From Felis catus (taxonomy: Eukaryota), in assembly GCF_018350175.1 (NCBI RefSeq), contig NC_058368.1, forward strand, positions 37,202,001-37,266,000: a DNA stretch of 64,000 nt, in the 5' to 3' direction. Made by a program: the position numbers and the translations under genes. The notes under the pieces are model-generated. The model ran no database searches, was not told where the DNA came from, and saw only the letters and a program-made list of their open reading frames with translations. Below, one piece after another: positions 1-13,684 of the stretch (its first letter is position 1; each line of letters starts with the position of its first letter).

Positions 1-2598
1 CTTTGGCTATTTGGGGTCTTTTGTGGTTCCATACAAATTTTAGGGTTGCTTGTTCTAGCTTTGAGAAGAATGCTGGTGCAATTTTGAATGGGGTTGCATT
101 GAATTTGTAGATAGTTTTGGGTGGTATTGACATTTTAACAATATTTATTCTTCCAAATCCACGAGCATGGAATGTTTTTCCATTTCTTTCTATCTTCTTC
201 AATTTCCTTCATAAGCTTTCTATAGTTTTCAGCATACAGATCTTTTACATCTTTGGTTAGGCTTATTCCTAGGTATTTTATGCTTCTTGGTACAATTGTG
301 AATGGGATCAATTTCTTTATTTGTCTTTCTGTTGCTTCATTATTCGTGTATAAGAATGCAACTGATTTCTCTACATTGATTTTGTATCCTGTGACTTTGC
401 TGAATTCATGTATCAGTTCTAGCAGATTTTGGTGGAGTCTATCGGGTTTTTCCATGTATAATATCATGTCATCTGCAAAAAGTGAAAGCTTAACCTCATC
501 ATTGCCAATTTTGATGCCTTTGATTTCCTTTTGTTGTCTAATTGATGATGCTAGCACTTCCAACACTATGTTAAACAACAGTGGTGAGAGTGAACATCCC
601 TGTCGTGTTCCTGGTCTCAGGGAGAACGCTCTCACCTTTTCCCCATTGAGGATGATATTAGCTGTGGGCTTTTCATAAATGGCTTCTAGGATGTTTAAGT
701 ATGTTCCTTCTATCCCGACTTTCTCGAGGGTTTTTATTAAGAAATGATCCTGAATTTTGTCAAATGCTTTTTCTTCATCGATTGACAGGATCATATGGTT
801 CTTATCTTTTCTTTTATTAATGTGATGTATCACATTGATTGATTTGCGAATGTTGAACCAGCCCTGCAGCCTGGGAATGAATCCCACTTGATCATGGTGA
901 GTAATTCTTTTTATAAGCTGTTGAATTTGATTCGCTAGTATCTTATTGAGAATTTTTGCATCCATATTCATCAGAGATATTGGCCTGTAGTTCTCTTTTT
1001 TTGCTGGGTCTCTGTCTGGTTTAGGAATCAAAGTAATGCCGGCTTCATAGAATAAGTCTGGAAGTTTTCCTTCTCTTTCTATTTTTTGGAATAGCTTGAG
1101 AAGGGTAGATATTATCTCTGCTTTAAATGTCTGGTAGAATTCCCCTGGGAAGCCATCTGGTCATGGACTCTTATTTTTTGGAGGATTTTTGATAACTGAT
1201 TCAATTTCTTCGCTGGTTATAGGTCTGTTTAAGCTTTCTATTTCCTCCTGATTGAGTTTTGGAAGTGTGTGGGTGTTTAGGAATTTGTCCATTTCTTCCA
1301 GGCTGTCCAGTTTGTTGGCTATACTATACTATACTATACTATACTATACTATAATTTTTCATAGTATTCCCTGATAATTGCTTGTATTTCTGAGGGATTG
1401 GTTGTAATAATTCCATTTTCATTCATGATTTTATCTATTTGGGTCATCTCCCTTTTCTTTTTGAGAAGCCTGGCTAGAGGTTTATCAATTTTGTTTATTT
1501 TTTCAAAAAACCAACTCTTGGTTTCGCTGATCTGCTCTACAGTTTTTTAGATTCTATATTGTTTATTTCTGCTCTGATCTTTATTATTTATCTTATTCTT
1601 CTAGGTTTAGGCTGTCTTTGCTGTTCTGCTTCTATTTCCTTTAGGTGTGCTGTTAGATTTTATATTTGGGATTTTTCTTGTTTCTTGAGATAGGCCTGGA
1701 TTGCAATGTATTTTCCTCTCAGGACTGCCTTCGTTGCATCCCAAAGCGTTTGGATTGTTGTATTTTCATTTTCGTTTGTTTCCATATATTTTTTAATTTC
1801 TTCTCTAATTGCCTGGTTGACCCATTCATTCTTTAGTAGGGTGTTCTTTAACCTCCATGCTTTTGGAGGTTTGCCAGAGTTTTTCTGTGGTTGATTTTAA
1901 GATTCATAGCATTGTGGTCTGAAAGTATGCATGGTATGATCTCAATTCTTGTATACCTATGAAGGGCTTTTTTGTGACCCAGTATGTGGTCTATCTTGGA
2001 GAATGTTCCATGTGCACTCGAGAAGAAAGTATATTCTGTTGCTTTGGGATGCAGAGTTCTAAATATATCTGTCAAGTTCATCAGATCCAATGTATCATTT
2101 GGGGCCCTTGTTTCTTTATTGACCGTGTGTCTAGATGATCTATCCATTGCTGTAAGTGGAGTATTAAAGTCCCCTGCAATTACCATATTCTTATCAATAA
2201 GGTTGCTTATGTTTGTGATTGTTTTATATATTTGGGGGCTCCCGTATTTGGCACATAGACATTTATAATTGTTAGCTCTTCCTGATGGATAGACCCTGTA
2301 ATTATTATATAATGCCCTTCTTAATCTCTTGGTACAGCTTTTACTTTAAAGTCTAGTTTGTCTGATATAAGTATGGCTACTCCAGCTTTCTTTTGACTTC
2401 CAGTAGCATGATAGATAGTTCTCCACCCCCTCACTTTCAATCTAAAGGTGTCCTCAGGTCTAAAATGAGTCTCTTTTAGACAGCAAATAGATGGGTCTTG
2501 TTTTTTTTAATCCATTCTGATACCCTATGTCTTTTAGTTGGAGCATTTAGTCCATTTACATTCAGTGTTATTATAGAAAACAATGGGTTTAGAGTCAT
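1..2598 (-). pseudogene. L1 ORF2 (endonuclease + reverse transcriptase), disrupted
   Basis: ATG at 2598 (MTLNPLFSIITLNVNGLNAP). GDFNTPL and SDH endonuclease motifs; [18 protein letters not shown] and LFADDM RT motifs. Split by stops and frameshifts. Confidence 0.95.
1319..1353. repeat. (CTATA)n pentanucleotide microsatellite inside L1 ORF2
   Basis: About 6-7 perfect copies visible. Confidence 0.9.
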
Positions 2599-2648
2599 TG
2601 TGATGTCTGTAGGTTTCATGCTTGTAGTGATGTCTCTGGTACTTTGTC

Positions 2649-3498
2649 TCACAGGATCCCCCTTAGGATCTCTTGTAGGGCTGGTTTAGTGGTGACAAAT
2701 TCCTTCAGGTTTTGTTTGTTTGGGAAGACCTTTATCTCTCCTTCTCTTCTAAATGACAGACTTGCTGGATAAAGGATTCTTGGCTGCATGTTTTTTCTGT
2801 TCATCACATTGAAGATTTCCTGCCATTCCTTTCTGGCCTGCCAAGTTTCAGTAGAGAGATCCATCACTAGTTTTATCGGTCTCCCTTTATATTTTAGAGC
2901 ATGTTTATCCCTACCTGCTTTCAGAATTTTCTCTTTACCCTTGTATTTTGCCAGTTTCATCTGAAGGGAGTTCTCTGTGCCTCTTGGATTTCAATGCCTT
3001 TTTCCTTCCCCAGATCAGGGAAGTTCTCAGCTATTTTTTCAAGTACACCTTCAGCACCTTTCCCTCTCTCTTCCTCCCCTGGAATCCCAATTATGTGTAT
3101 ATTTTTGCGTTTAATTGTGTCACTGAGTTCTCTAATTCTCCCCTCATACTTCTGGATTTTTTTCTCTCTCTTTTTCTCAGCTTCCTCTTTTTCCATAATT
3201 TTATCTTCTAATTCACCTTTTCTCTCCTCTGCCTCTTCAATCCAAGCTGTGGTCACCTCCATTTTATTTTGCAGCTCATTTATAGTATTTTTAGCTCCTC
3301 CTGACTGTTTCTTAGTCCCTTGATCTCTGTAGTAATAGATTCTCTGCTGCCCTCTATACTTTCTCAAGCCCAGCAATAATTTTATAACTATTATTTTAAA
3401 TTCATTTTCTGTTACATTGCTTAAATCGTTTTTGATCAGTTCGTTAGCTGGCACTACTTCCTGAAGTTTCTTTGAGGAGGATTCTTCCGTTTCATCAT
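2649..3498 (-). pseudogene. L1 ORF1p, disrupted
   Basis: Coiled-coil segment, IHIIGIPGEEE, EAQRTP, QPRILYPA and TTKPALQEIL motifs. Frameshifted near the start and at ~2958. Confidence 0.93.
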
Positions 3499-4824
3499 TT
3501 TGGATAGTCCCTAGAGTGGTGCAGAACTGCAGGGCTCTTCCCCTGTGCTGTCTGGATTAACTTGCATTGATGGGTGGGGCCACAGTCAGACCTGATGTCT
3601 GCCCCCAGCCCACTGCTGGGGCCACAGTCAGACTGGTGTGTCCCTTATCTTCCCCTCTCCTAGGGGCAGGTCTCACTGTGGAGTGGTGTGCCCCCTGTTT
3701 GGACTACTTGCACACTGCCAGGCTTGTGGTGCTGCTTCAATGGGATCTGGCGTATTAGCTGGGGTGGATCCGCAAGGTGCACATGGCGGGAGGGGCAGAC
3801 TCAGCTCACTTTGCCTTTGGTGGTCCACTTCAGAAGGGGCCCTGTGGCACTGGGAGGGAGGCAGACCCCTCGGAGGGATGGATCCACGGAAGCACAGCGT
3901 TGGGTGTTTGCCCGGTGCAAGCAAGTTCCGGAACGGGAACTGGTTCCCTTTGGGATTTTGGCTGGGGGATGGGCGAGGGAGATGGCGCTGGCGAGTGCCT
4001 TTGTTCCCCACCAAGCTGAGTTTTGTCCTCCAGGGCTCAACAACTCTCCCTCCCGTTGTCCTTCAGCCCTCCCACTTTCTGAGCAGAGCTGTTGATTTAT
4101 AACATTCCAGATATTAAATCCCGCTGGCTGCCAGAACACACTCCATCTGGCCCCTCCACTTTTGCAAGCCAGAGTCTGGGATCTGCCTTGCAGGGCGGGC
4201 TGCCCCTCCACCGTCCCGGCTCCCTCCCGCCAGTCCGTGTAGTGTGCACCGCCCCTCCGCCCTTCCTATCCTCTTCCGTGGGCCTCTAGTCTATGCTTGG
4301 CTCTGGAGAACCCATTCCGTTAGTCTTCTGGCAGTTTTCTGTGTTATTTAGGCAGATGTGGGTGGAATCTAAGTGGTCAGCAGGACGCGGCGAGCCCAGC
4401 ACCCACCTATGCCGCCATCTTCCTCTGTCTTGAGTTTGGTAAGTTCTCTACCACTATTTTCATTTGTAATGAAACTCAGAAATTTAAAAAGCTGAGCACT
4501 TTATGATATCATTGTTGCTGTTACTTGAAAATATAATTTGCTAGAACACAAAAAGACCAAAATGAAAGGTTTTTTCTCTTTCCATGCTTAAAAGTGTAGC
4601 AGCTGCCTAGTTATTTTAGGACACTACTCTGATGTGTATAAAGTGATTGACTTTCTAGCTTGCCTTGTCCAGAGAATATTAAAACCCTAGGTTGAAGTTT
4701 AGCCATCTTACTTGGCTTTTTATTATTAATATGATATACTAAGGTAGATCCTTTTGAGAAGACAACTAGGTATTATGTATAAAATGTAATATTGGCAATA
4801 TTGATATGTTAATAAAGATAATTG

Positions 4825-5045
4825 AGGGACACCTGGGTGGCTCAGTCATTTAAGGGTACGACTTTGGCTCAGGTCATGATCTTGTCGTTTGTGGGTTCAA
4901 GCCCCACATTGGGCTCTGTGTTGACAGCTCAGAGCCTGGAGCCTGCTTCAGATTCTGTGTCTCCCTCTCTCTCTTTCCCTCCTCTGCCCATGCTCTGTCT
5001 CTCTCTCTCTCTCTCTTTCTCAAAAATAAGTAAACATTAAAAAAT
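4825..5045 (+). mobile_element. Can-SINE (SINEC_Fc-type)
   Basis: CCTGGGTGGCTCAGT tRNA-like head, (CT)n tract, A-rich tail. Confidence 0.95.
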
Positions 5046-6121
5046 ATATAATTGAATCCATTAGTGGTCATGTATATGTTAATGACTGAATTAAATTACA
5101 TGAGAGAAATAAATTCTTTTTGATTACTGGTCTTAAATAAAGAAATAATGAATTTAGTAAACAATACAAAATCACTATATAAAATCATTTGTGTTTCTAT
5201 ATACTAATGGTGAATTTTTGGAAAGAGAAATTAAGAAAACAATCCCATTTACAGTAGCATCAAAAGCAGTAAAAAACTTAGAAATAAATTTAACTGAGGA
5301 GGTGAAATATCCATACACTTAAAACTATAAGACATAGAAAGAAATTGAAGATACAAGTAAATGGAAATGTGTTCTATGTTTATGGATTCAAAAATTAATA
5401 TCATGAAGTTGTTCATACTACTCAAAGTAATCTAGAAACTTAATAAAATCCATATAAAAATTCCAATAGTATTTTTCACAGCAGTGAAACAAACAATGCT
5501 AAAATTTGTGTTAAATCACAATAGATGCTAAACACACAAAGCAATCTTGAGAAAGAACAAAGCTGGAAGCATTACACTTCTTTATTTCAAGCTACATTGC
5601 AAAGCTACAGTAATTAAAGCAATATGGTATTGACACAAAAACAGACATGTAGATCAATAATACAGTGTAAAGACCAGAAATATACTCATGCCTATATATG
5701 GTCAATTAATTTTTGACAACAGAGCCAAGAATATACAATGGAGAAAGGATAGTCTCTTTAACAAATGGTGGTGGGAAAACTGGATCACTTGCAAAAGAAC
5801 GAGAGTGGACCCCTATTTTATCTCATACACAAAACTCAACTCAAAGTGGATTAAGATTTTCAACATAAGACCTGCAAACATAAAAGTCCTAGAAGACATA
5901 GAGAGTATTTTTCTTGATATGAGTCTTGGCAATGAGTTTTTGGATTTGGCACTAAAAGCAAAGGCAAGAAAACTTTAAAATAAGTGAGACTTCACCAAAG
6001 TAGAAAACTTCTCCACAGCAAAGGAAAACATGAAAAAAAAAATGGAAAAGCAACATACGGAATGAGAGAAAATATTTGCAAACCACATATCCACTAAGGG
6101 GTTGAGATCTAAACTACACAA

Positions 6122-6207
6122 GGGGGCGCCTGGGTGGCTCAGTCAGTTGAGCATCTGACTTGGGCTCAGGTCATGATCTCGCAGTTTGTGGCTGTGAGCT
6201 AAAAAAA
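6122..6207 (+). mobile_element. Truncated Can-SINE (5' part plus short A-tail)
   Basis: GGGGCGCCTGGGTGGCTCAGTC head, ending in A7. ACAAGG occurs on both sides. Confidence 0.85.
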
Positions 6208-6716
6208 CAAGGAACTTATCCAACTCAATAGCAAAAACCAAATAACTCCTTTGAAAAATGAGCAAAAGATCTGAATCAACGTTTTCTGAAAGAACTAATG
6301 GCTAATGGATACATTAAAAGATGCTCAATATCACTAATCATTAAGGAAATGTAAATCAAAATCATAATGATATATTGTCTCACACCTCTTAGAATGTTTA
6401 TTATCAAAGTGACAAGAAATAACAAATGCTGGCAAAACTGCGGAGAAAAGGGAGCCCCTGTACTCTCTTGGTAAGAATGTAAATTGGTAAATCCACTATG
6501 GAAAACAATATGCAGATTTCTCAAGAAATTGATAATAGAAATAACACATGATCCAGAAATCCCTCTTCTGCATATATATCCAAAGGAAATGAAATTATTA
6601 TCTCAAAGAGATACCTGTACTCTCATGTTCACTGGAACATTATTCACAATAGCTGAGATATGGAAACAACCTAAATGTCCATTGATGGATGAGTGGATCA
6701 AGAAAATGTGAGGAAT

Positions 6717-6931
6717 AGGGGAGCCTGGGTGGCTCAGTTGGTTAAGCGTCTGACTTCATCTAGGTCACGATCTCACTGTTTGTGGGTTCAAGCCCTGCAT
6801 CAGTCTCTTTGCTGACAGCTTAGAGCCTGGAGCCTGCTTCATATTCTGTGTCTCTCTGTCTCTGCCCCTCTCCTACTCCTGCTCTGTCTCTCTCTGTCTC
6901 CAAAATAAATAAACATTAAAAAATTAAAAAA
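6717..6931 (+). mobile_element. Can-SINE inserted in old L1
   Basis: 17-bp TSD AAGAAAATGTGAGGAAT at 6700-6716 and 6932-6948. Confidence 0.97.
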
Positions 6932-7325
6932 AAGAAAATGTGAGGAATGTATATTTATCTTATATACTATATATACACTTTCCATATATATATATATATA
7001 CACACACACATTCTATTTTTAAATTCTTTTTGCATTCTGCACACCAACACAGAGTAATAGAAAATCACTTAAATATGTAGGAGCTCTTTACAATTAGAGC
7101 CACAATTTATACATTTATTTTATGTGCATGTCAGTGAAAAATCACAAACTATTATGAAATAGGACAAATTCTTTTATCAAAAAGAACCAAAAAATCTTAT
7201 GAAAGTATTGTCTAGGTATGAAGAAAGAGTATTGTACTCTGGTGTCTTCACATCCTTTTCTTCTGTGTATTTATATACAACATACTGTATCCTTGGATAA
7301 ATTCATCCCATACTTATTCTTCCAT

Positions 7326-7329
<4 letters not shown>

Positions 7330-7374
<45 letters not shown>
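7330..7374. repeat. (TA)n microsatellite
   Basis: Perfect TA run. Confidence 0.95.
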
Positions 7375-7378
<4 letters not shown>

Positions 7379-8454
7379 GAATGTTATTCTGCCTTAAAAA
7401 AGAAGATGTTTCTGTCCTTTGTGACAAAGTGGATAATTCTAGAGAGCTATATGCTAAGTGAATTAAACCAGACAAAGACAAATAATGTATGGTCTCCATG
7501 ATATGTGGGAGAAGAAAAAAGACCGAACTTATAGAAACAAAGTAGAAAAGTGGTTTCCAGGGGCTAGAGGATGGTAGAAATGGGTTGAGTTTGGTAAAAG
7601 GGTACAAACTTTTCAATTATAATATGAGTAAGGTTTGAGGATCTGATGTATAGCATGGTGACTGTAGTTGATATTACCATATATGTAATTATATAATACT
7701 GTGTATTTGAAATTTGCTAAGAGAACTTAAGAGAAAAAGAAAAGATAAACATATAAGGTGATGGATGTGTTAATTAACTTAATTATGGGAAGTCTTTAAT
7801 AATATATACCTATATAAAATTATCACACTATACACTTTAAATATATTACAGCTTTATTTGTCAATTATATCTCAACAAAGTTGAAAAAATAACATGAAAT
7901 TTGGGGTAATAACAAAGGCATAAAATGCTAATTTGAGTGTAGCATCAGCCTTAGTAAGAGATGTAGTGTGCCAAGACGGCCATTTTGTATTGGGGTAAAG
8001 TTATAATAGTGGTAGCCTACTCAGCTTCATATTCTTCATTAGGAAAAAAGGACAAGGATTCACCATGTTATTCACTCAACTTGAAAATTCTTCATAAAGG
8101 TGAAAACTGAAAGTTTTGGGCCACACTTTTGAGAACTGTAGGAAAATTCCTTTTTTTCCCCTGTTTTTTCTTCTTTATTTGGAAGAACAAAAGCTCAAGA
8201 TACGAATCTGACAAGGAATACCTAATATAAGGTGATCCTTTCAGGACCTGTTAGGTTAAGCAGCAGCATTTAGAGATACGGTTGGATGCCAACATTGTAA
8301 GGTTATAGCTGAATAAATGCATGGTGCTGATGCTGTTCAAGGGCTTTACAACAGAGAGGAAAATTTTCCAGAGGAAGATTAACAACTATCTAGAAGACTT
8401 GGGCAGCAAAGTAAGACAAAAATAAGATGTAGGGAATTTCATAGTGAAAGAAAT

Positions 8455-9255
8455 TATGAAAATGTGGGGAAAGGGAAACCTTTGTGCACTGTTGGTGGGA
8501 ATGTAAATTGGTACACCCACTGTGGAAAACAATATGGAGTTTCCTCAAAAAATTAAGAATAGAATAGTTACCAACTACCATGTGATCCATCAATCTCACT
8601 TCTTGATTTATCTGAGGGAAATGAAAACACTAACTCAAAAAGATATATGCACCCCCATGTTTATTGAAACATGATTTACAGTAGCTTAGACGTTGAAGCA
8701 ACCTAAGTGTCACTGATAGATGAATGGATAAGGAAAATATAATTTAGCCATAAAAAAGAAGAAAACTTGCCATTTGTGACAATATGTTGTGACAGAGGGC
8801 ATTATGCTAAATGAAATAAATCATAGAGAAAGAAAAATACCATATTATCTCACTTATATGTGGAATCTGAAAAACAAACAAGCAAAGAAAACAGACTTAT
8901 AGATACAGAAAATAGATTGATGGTTACCAGAGGTTTGGGGGAGAGGAAGTGGGCTAAAAGGGTGAAGATGGTCAAAGGGTATAAATTTCCAGTTATAAAA
9001 TAAATATGGTGGTATAATGTATAGCATGGTGACTATAGTTAATAATATTGTGGTGCATATTTAAAAGTTGCTTAAAGAGTAGATCTTAAACACTCTTATA
9101 ACAAGAAATAAAAATTATAACTATGCATGCTGACAGGTGTTAGTTAACTAGACCTATTGTGATCATTTTGAAATATTTACAAATATCAAATCACTATATT
9201 GTGCACATGAAACTAATACAGTGTTATATAGCAATTAGACTTTAAATTAAAAATG
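8455..9255 (+). mobile_element. L1 3' end (L1MA9-like)
   Basis: CACTGTTGGTGGGAATGTAAATTGGTAC ORF2 tail followed by a typical 3' UTR. Confidence 0.88.
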
Positions 9256-10129
9256 AAAGGAATTGGAATTTATCATGTAAGTCATACAAATACAAATCTA
9301 TCATTAAGGTGAGAGGAGGCAGAGGGTAAGGAAGGAACAAGTAGATGTCCTTCACTTACACGAATAGATTCTTTCTTAGCATGTGGGTTTTCTTCCCTTG
9401 GCTTAACACTATTATGATGAAGGTATAGCCTCTTGGAAAACAAACATAAGGGATTAAGTGGACTTCTTTCTATGAGTAAAAGAGAAAGATGATGCCAAAG
9501 TCGTTGCATTTTCCATGTTCTTATACTAGCAACAGATTTTTCAGCTCTTCAAACCTCTTTGTGTAATGATAATTGTTTTAATAGAATTAAGCTGAAGTAT
9601 CATCTGAGCTGGTGGAATGTATACATGGGTGTGTGGTATAACCCCAGATGGAAAATTCCTGATGTTCTGGATACTATACTTTATAAAATAAATTTGTTTT
9701 TATTACTAGTTTTATAAGCACTAATGATATTGATGCGTTTATTAAAACAAGTATATATTTTATTTGGAAATGGCTACCACATAATTAGCCAAATTTATTA
9801 TTTATTTAATGACTAAAAACTTAGCATTAAATATTAAGCTAGCAATGACCCCACCTTCAACTATTTTGCAACTGACCTTTGCTTTCATGGTATTTATTAA
9901 ATTAACTTATTTATTAAATAAACTGTCTAAACGTATTAAATAAAATATATTTCTGTATCAGTTAAGAGTTTTAAGGTCAAGTGACTAAAAGCTCTACTAT
10001 ATTTATTTAAGCCAATCCAGAATTTTGTTGTCTCCCATTACTGAATTGTCCAAGCAGATATGGCATCAGGCCATCTTTCTTCGTATTACACTCTCTGACA
10101 GCCCAAATGCTCATGTATCTACCAATACA

Positions 10130-10230
10130 TTAATAAATTAAGGTAACAGTTATTGAGTACTTACTAGATTTCTGGCACTGTTCTAAGGTGTTTATGTATA
10201 ATAACTAATACAACAATTCTCTAAGATGAA
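10130..10230 (-). mobile_element. MIR/L2-type fragment
   Basis: TATTGAGTACTTACT..GGCACTGTTCTAAG motif. Confidence 0.5.
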
Positions 10231-10689
10231 TTTCTCATTAGTAGAATGAGCTAGCATTGCAAGGAAACCAGGCTGGTTCCATATTCATAATTATATCACT
10301 GCCCTGGCTTACAAAAATTTAAACAAATAAAAAAATCAATGAAAATTCTTGGAAAGCATTTTTATATATGTCAACGACCTACAGAACACATAGTGAAGGA
10401 ATAAGAATATGTATCTTCTTCTTGCCTAGAGATTCTCATCTGCAAGGAAGTTGCCAACTTCGCCTTTACTTGCATAAAACTGAAAACTTGTCCAATCATC
10501 TAGATCTGTCTCCTTCAGGCATGAGGCTATCTTCCAGGTTTTTAGATGCTAATTGGGTATCCCCCATTATATCTATTCCCCATAAATATCCACATTTAAC
10601 CATTAGCATAGGAAGAGAGAAATGGGGAATCTTCTGGAACTCTCATGGCAGCAGCAGCATTCACCCCATATAAAACTGTGTTCTGGATG

Positions 10690-10850
10690 AGGTTGCCCAG
10701 ATAAATTTGAATTCCAGATAAACAGCAATTACTACTCTTTTAATATAAATATGTCCCACAAACTATTTAGTACATAATTATACCATGAAATATTCAATGC
10801 TTCTCTGAAATTCAATTTTAACTGGGTGTCCTGATTTTATCTGCCAATGT
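10690..10850. mobile_element. MER53-like hAT MITE (imperfect palindrome)
   Basis: CCCAGATAAATTTGAATTCCAGA and TCTGAAATTCAATTTTAACTGGG form inverted arms. Confidence 0.75.
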
Positions 10851-11129
10851 TAGTACAGGCAACATTTTAATTATGCATCCTTTTAAGGCTGGTTCACCAG
10901 TCTCTTCAAGAGAAAGCATAAGGATGGGTCGATTGTTAGCTTTTGATCTTTCATTATTATTCTACAGATATTTTGTATGAGTCAACAATAATCCTAAAAA
11001 GACTCAAAGTAGTATCAAATCATTTTTCAAGTTTTCTATGTTATCTCCTTAAATAGATTCTTTTAAATTCACAAGTTCCACTTTGCTTAAAATCATCCAA
11101 AGACTACCCATTGCCTAGAGAAATGTTCT

Positions 11130-11999
11130 CTATTTTTTCAAGTATAATTAACATCCAGTGTTATATTAGTCTCAGGTATTCAATGTAATTATTCCACAAT
11201 TCTACACATTTCTCAGTGCTCCTGAAAACGAGTATACCCTTAATCCCCTTCACCTATTTAACCCATCCCTTCACTCACCTCCCCTCTGGCAAGCACCAGT
11301 TTGTTCTCTGTATTTAAGAGCCTGTTTTTTTTTTTGTTTGTTTGTTTGTTTGTCTCTTTTTTTCTTTGTTCATTTGTTTTGTTTCTTAAATTCCACATAT
11401 GAGTGAAATTATATGGCTTTTGTCTTTGGCTGACTGATTTATTTCACTTAACATTACACCCTCAAAATCTATCCATATTGTTGCAAATGGCAAAAGTCAC
11501 ATTCCTTTTTATAGCTTAGTACTATTCCATTGTATATATATATAACACTTCTTTATCCACTCCTCTGTCAGGAGACACTTGGACTTGTTTCCCTATCTTG
11601 GCTATTGTAAATAATGCAATAAACACAGGGATGCCTATATCTTCTCAAATTAGTATTTGTTTTCTTTGCATAAAGATCCAGTAGTGGAATTACTGGATCA
11701 TATGGTGATTCCATTTTTCATTTTTTGAGGAAACTCCATACTGTTTTCCACAGTAGCTGTACGAGTTTACACTCCCATCAACAGTGCAGTAGTGTTCCTT
11801 TCTCTCCACGTCCTTATCAGCACTTGTTATTTTTTGTCTTTTTATTGTAGCCATTTTGACAAATGTAAGGTAATGTGGTTTTGATTTGCATTTCCCTGAT
11901 AATTAATGATGTTGAGCATCTTTTCATGTGTATAATGGCCGTCTCTATGTCTTTAGAAAACTGTCTATTCAGATCCTCTGCCCACTTTTTTAATTGGAT

Positions 12000-12039
<40 letters not shown>

Positions 12040-12163
12040 GGTATTGAGTTGTAGAAATTCTCTATTTTGGATATTAACCCCTCATTGAGTTTATGATTTG
12101 CAAATATTTTCTCAGTAGATTGCTGTTTGGTTTTGTTGATGGTTTCCTTCGCTGTGCAGAAGA
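11130..12163 (-). mobile_element. Carnivore L1 3' end, inserted into an L2
   Basis: [10 protein letters not shown] and [19 protein letters not shown] peptides on minus, plus 3' UTR. Internal (TTTC)n at ~11999-12038. Confidence 0.9.
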
Positions 12164-12164
12164 A

Positions 12165-12570
12165 GGTCTGGCACATAAATGTCTTTACAATCTGTACCCT
12201 GCCTACATTGCTCACATTATTTCTCAGCTTTCCTTTTCATGCCACACTAGTTCCAGCTCCGTGAATTATTTTATACTTTCTAAACACAAATTTGACTGAT
12301 GTTTTGCTATGTCCTCTCTGCCTTAAATAACTACCTCCCCTTTATCACAATCCTTTCGTCCTTCATGATTTCTTGTGTGTGTGCCAACCGTGTAGTCTAC
12401 ACTCATCTATTATAAATATTTTAGTACACAACTTTTACATTCCTATTTCTACAACTAGATTGTTATTCCCTCGAGATCAGGTACCATATCTTCATATTCT
12501 TTATATTCTGTAAAACATAGAGCATAAGTTACCAAATCCTAGGCATTCAATGAATGAATAAATGAAAGAA
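12165..12570 (+). mobile_element. L2 3' fragment (upstream piece at ~11075-11125)
   Basis: Pyrimidine-rich L2-like body ending AATGAATGAATAAATGAA. Confidence 0.6.
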
Positions 12571-13684
12571 TAAAGAATAACTAAATTGTCTCTAACCAAG
12601 CCAAGAAACATCTGGCTACAGCAGGATGTAGAAAACATTTCTTCCCTCCATTTCTTAAATCTTCCTGTTGTTTCCAGACAACATTTTGTTCATCATTCAA
12701 AATGAAAGTAGAAGACATGATATATACAGCTGTTTAATTATCATATACATTCTTTCAGTGATACCATTGCCCTTTTTTTGAGCAAAAAGCAGAGTGAAAT
12801 ATATTTTCAGTATGACAGAAAACAAATAGGAGAAACATCAATGTCACATCATCCTGATTGCCTGTTCTGTATTGTGCAGACAGGACTTTATCTGCTGAAA
12901 ACCTTTCTAGTTCTGCAGAGTAGTTATCTTTAATGAACACTTTTTTGAGCATACTAAATAAAGACCTTGGCATATGGCATATAATTCAGAATGATTCATT
13001 CTGCCTAGTTTGCAAGTAATCAAACATGTCTACCCCTCCTCCCCACCAAGTTATGAGATTAGTAGGTAGGATTTTAATGGACAACAGTTCTGCAGAATCT
13101 TTTTAAAAATCTTATTGAACTAGCAATAGCAATAATCTCATTACATGGATGAGGCATGAGTTAAAGTTACAATCTGCATATTAAAATGTCATGGGGCAAT
13201 GGTATAACAGAAAATGGTAGAAAGAATGAACTGTGATGCTTTAAGAAAAAACAGGGAGAACTATCAATTTAAAATATCAAGGGATAAAAAAATTATATCG
13301 TGTATATTGTTTTAGTGATTTTAGTGTTGTTTAGGTTAAAATTAAAACCATTACAGTAAAGCTCTCATGACTTATTTTCCTGTTTAAGGAAAGGGTAGAA
13401 AGATAAAATGGCGAAAGTGTAAAAATTTGCTTAAAACAGGAGATTTTTTTCTAGTTTGAAACATTAAAGACTAATTGGCACTAAATATTACCAGAAACTG
13501 AATAATTAATTTGAAGCAGAGTCCAGAGTTACTTTTGCAGCTTAGAGGTCAAGATAAGTAGAAATATAAATTTAAAAAGTGGAATGAATACATCATATAA
13601 TGCATGTTTTTATTATAAGTTTTAAAGAAAATAAAGCAGTAAGAATGCTATATCAAATTAAAATCAATATTTCATTATTTAAAA

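Larger units (their letters stand above)
1..4425 (-). mobile_element. LINE-1 (felid L1_Fc-like), 5'-complete, 3' part outside window
   Basis: GC-rich 5' UTR starting AAGATGGCGGC (4411-4421), followed by ORF1 and ORF2 EN/RT fragments in order on the minus strand. Confidence 0.97.
5150..7890 (+). mobile_element. Older 5'-truncated L1 (ORF2 C-terminus + L1MA-like 3' UTR), interrupted
   Basis: YGQLIFD..KDSLFNKW and WKQPKCP peptides. 3' end reads GTCAATTATATCTCAACAAAG followed by an A-tract. Confidence 0.88.

Noticed and set aside
135..1031. 298-aa RT ORF as a standalone gene or active element
   Set aside because: It is a fragment of a multiply disrupted L1 ORF2.
3567..4289. Overlapping ORFs in GC-rich sequence (also 48613-49771)
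   Set aside because: These lie in L1 5' UTRs, where GC richness depletes stop codons. No recognisable protein.
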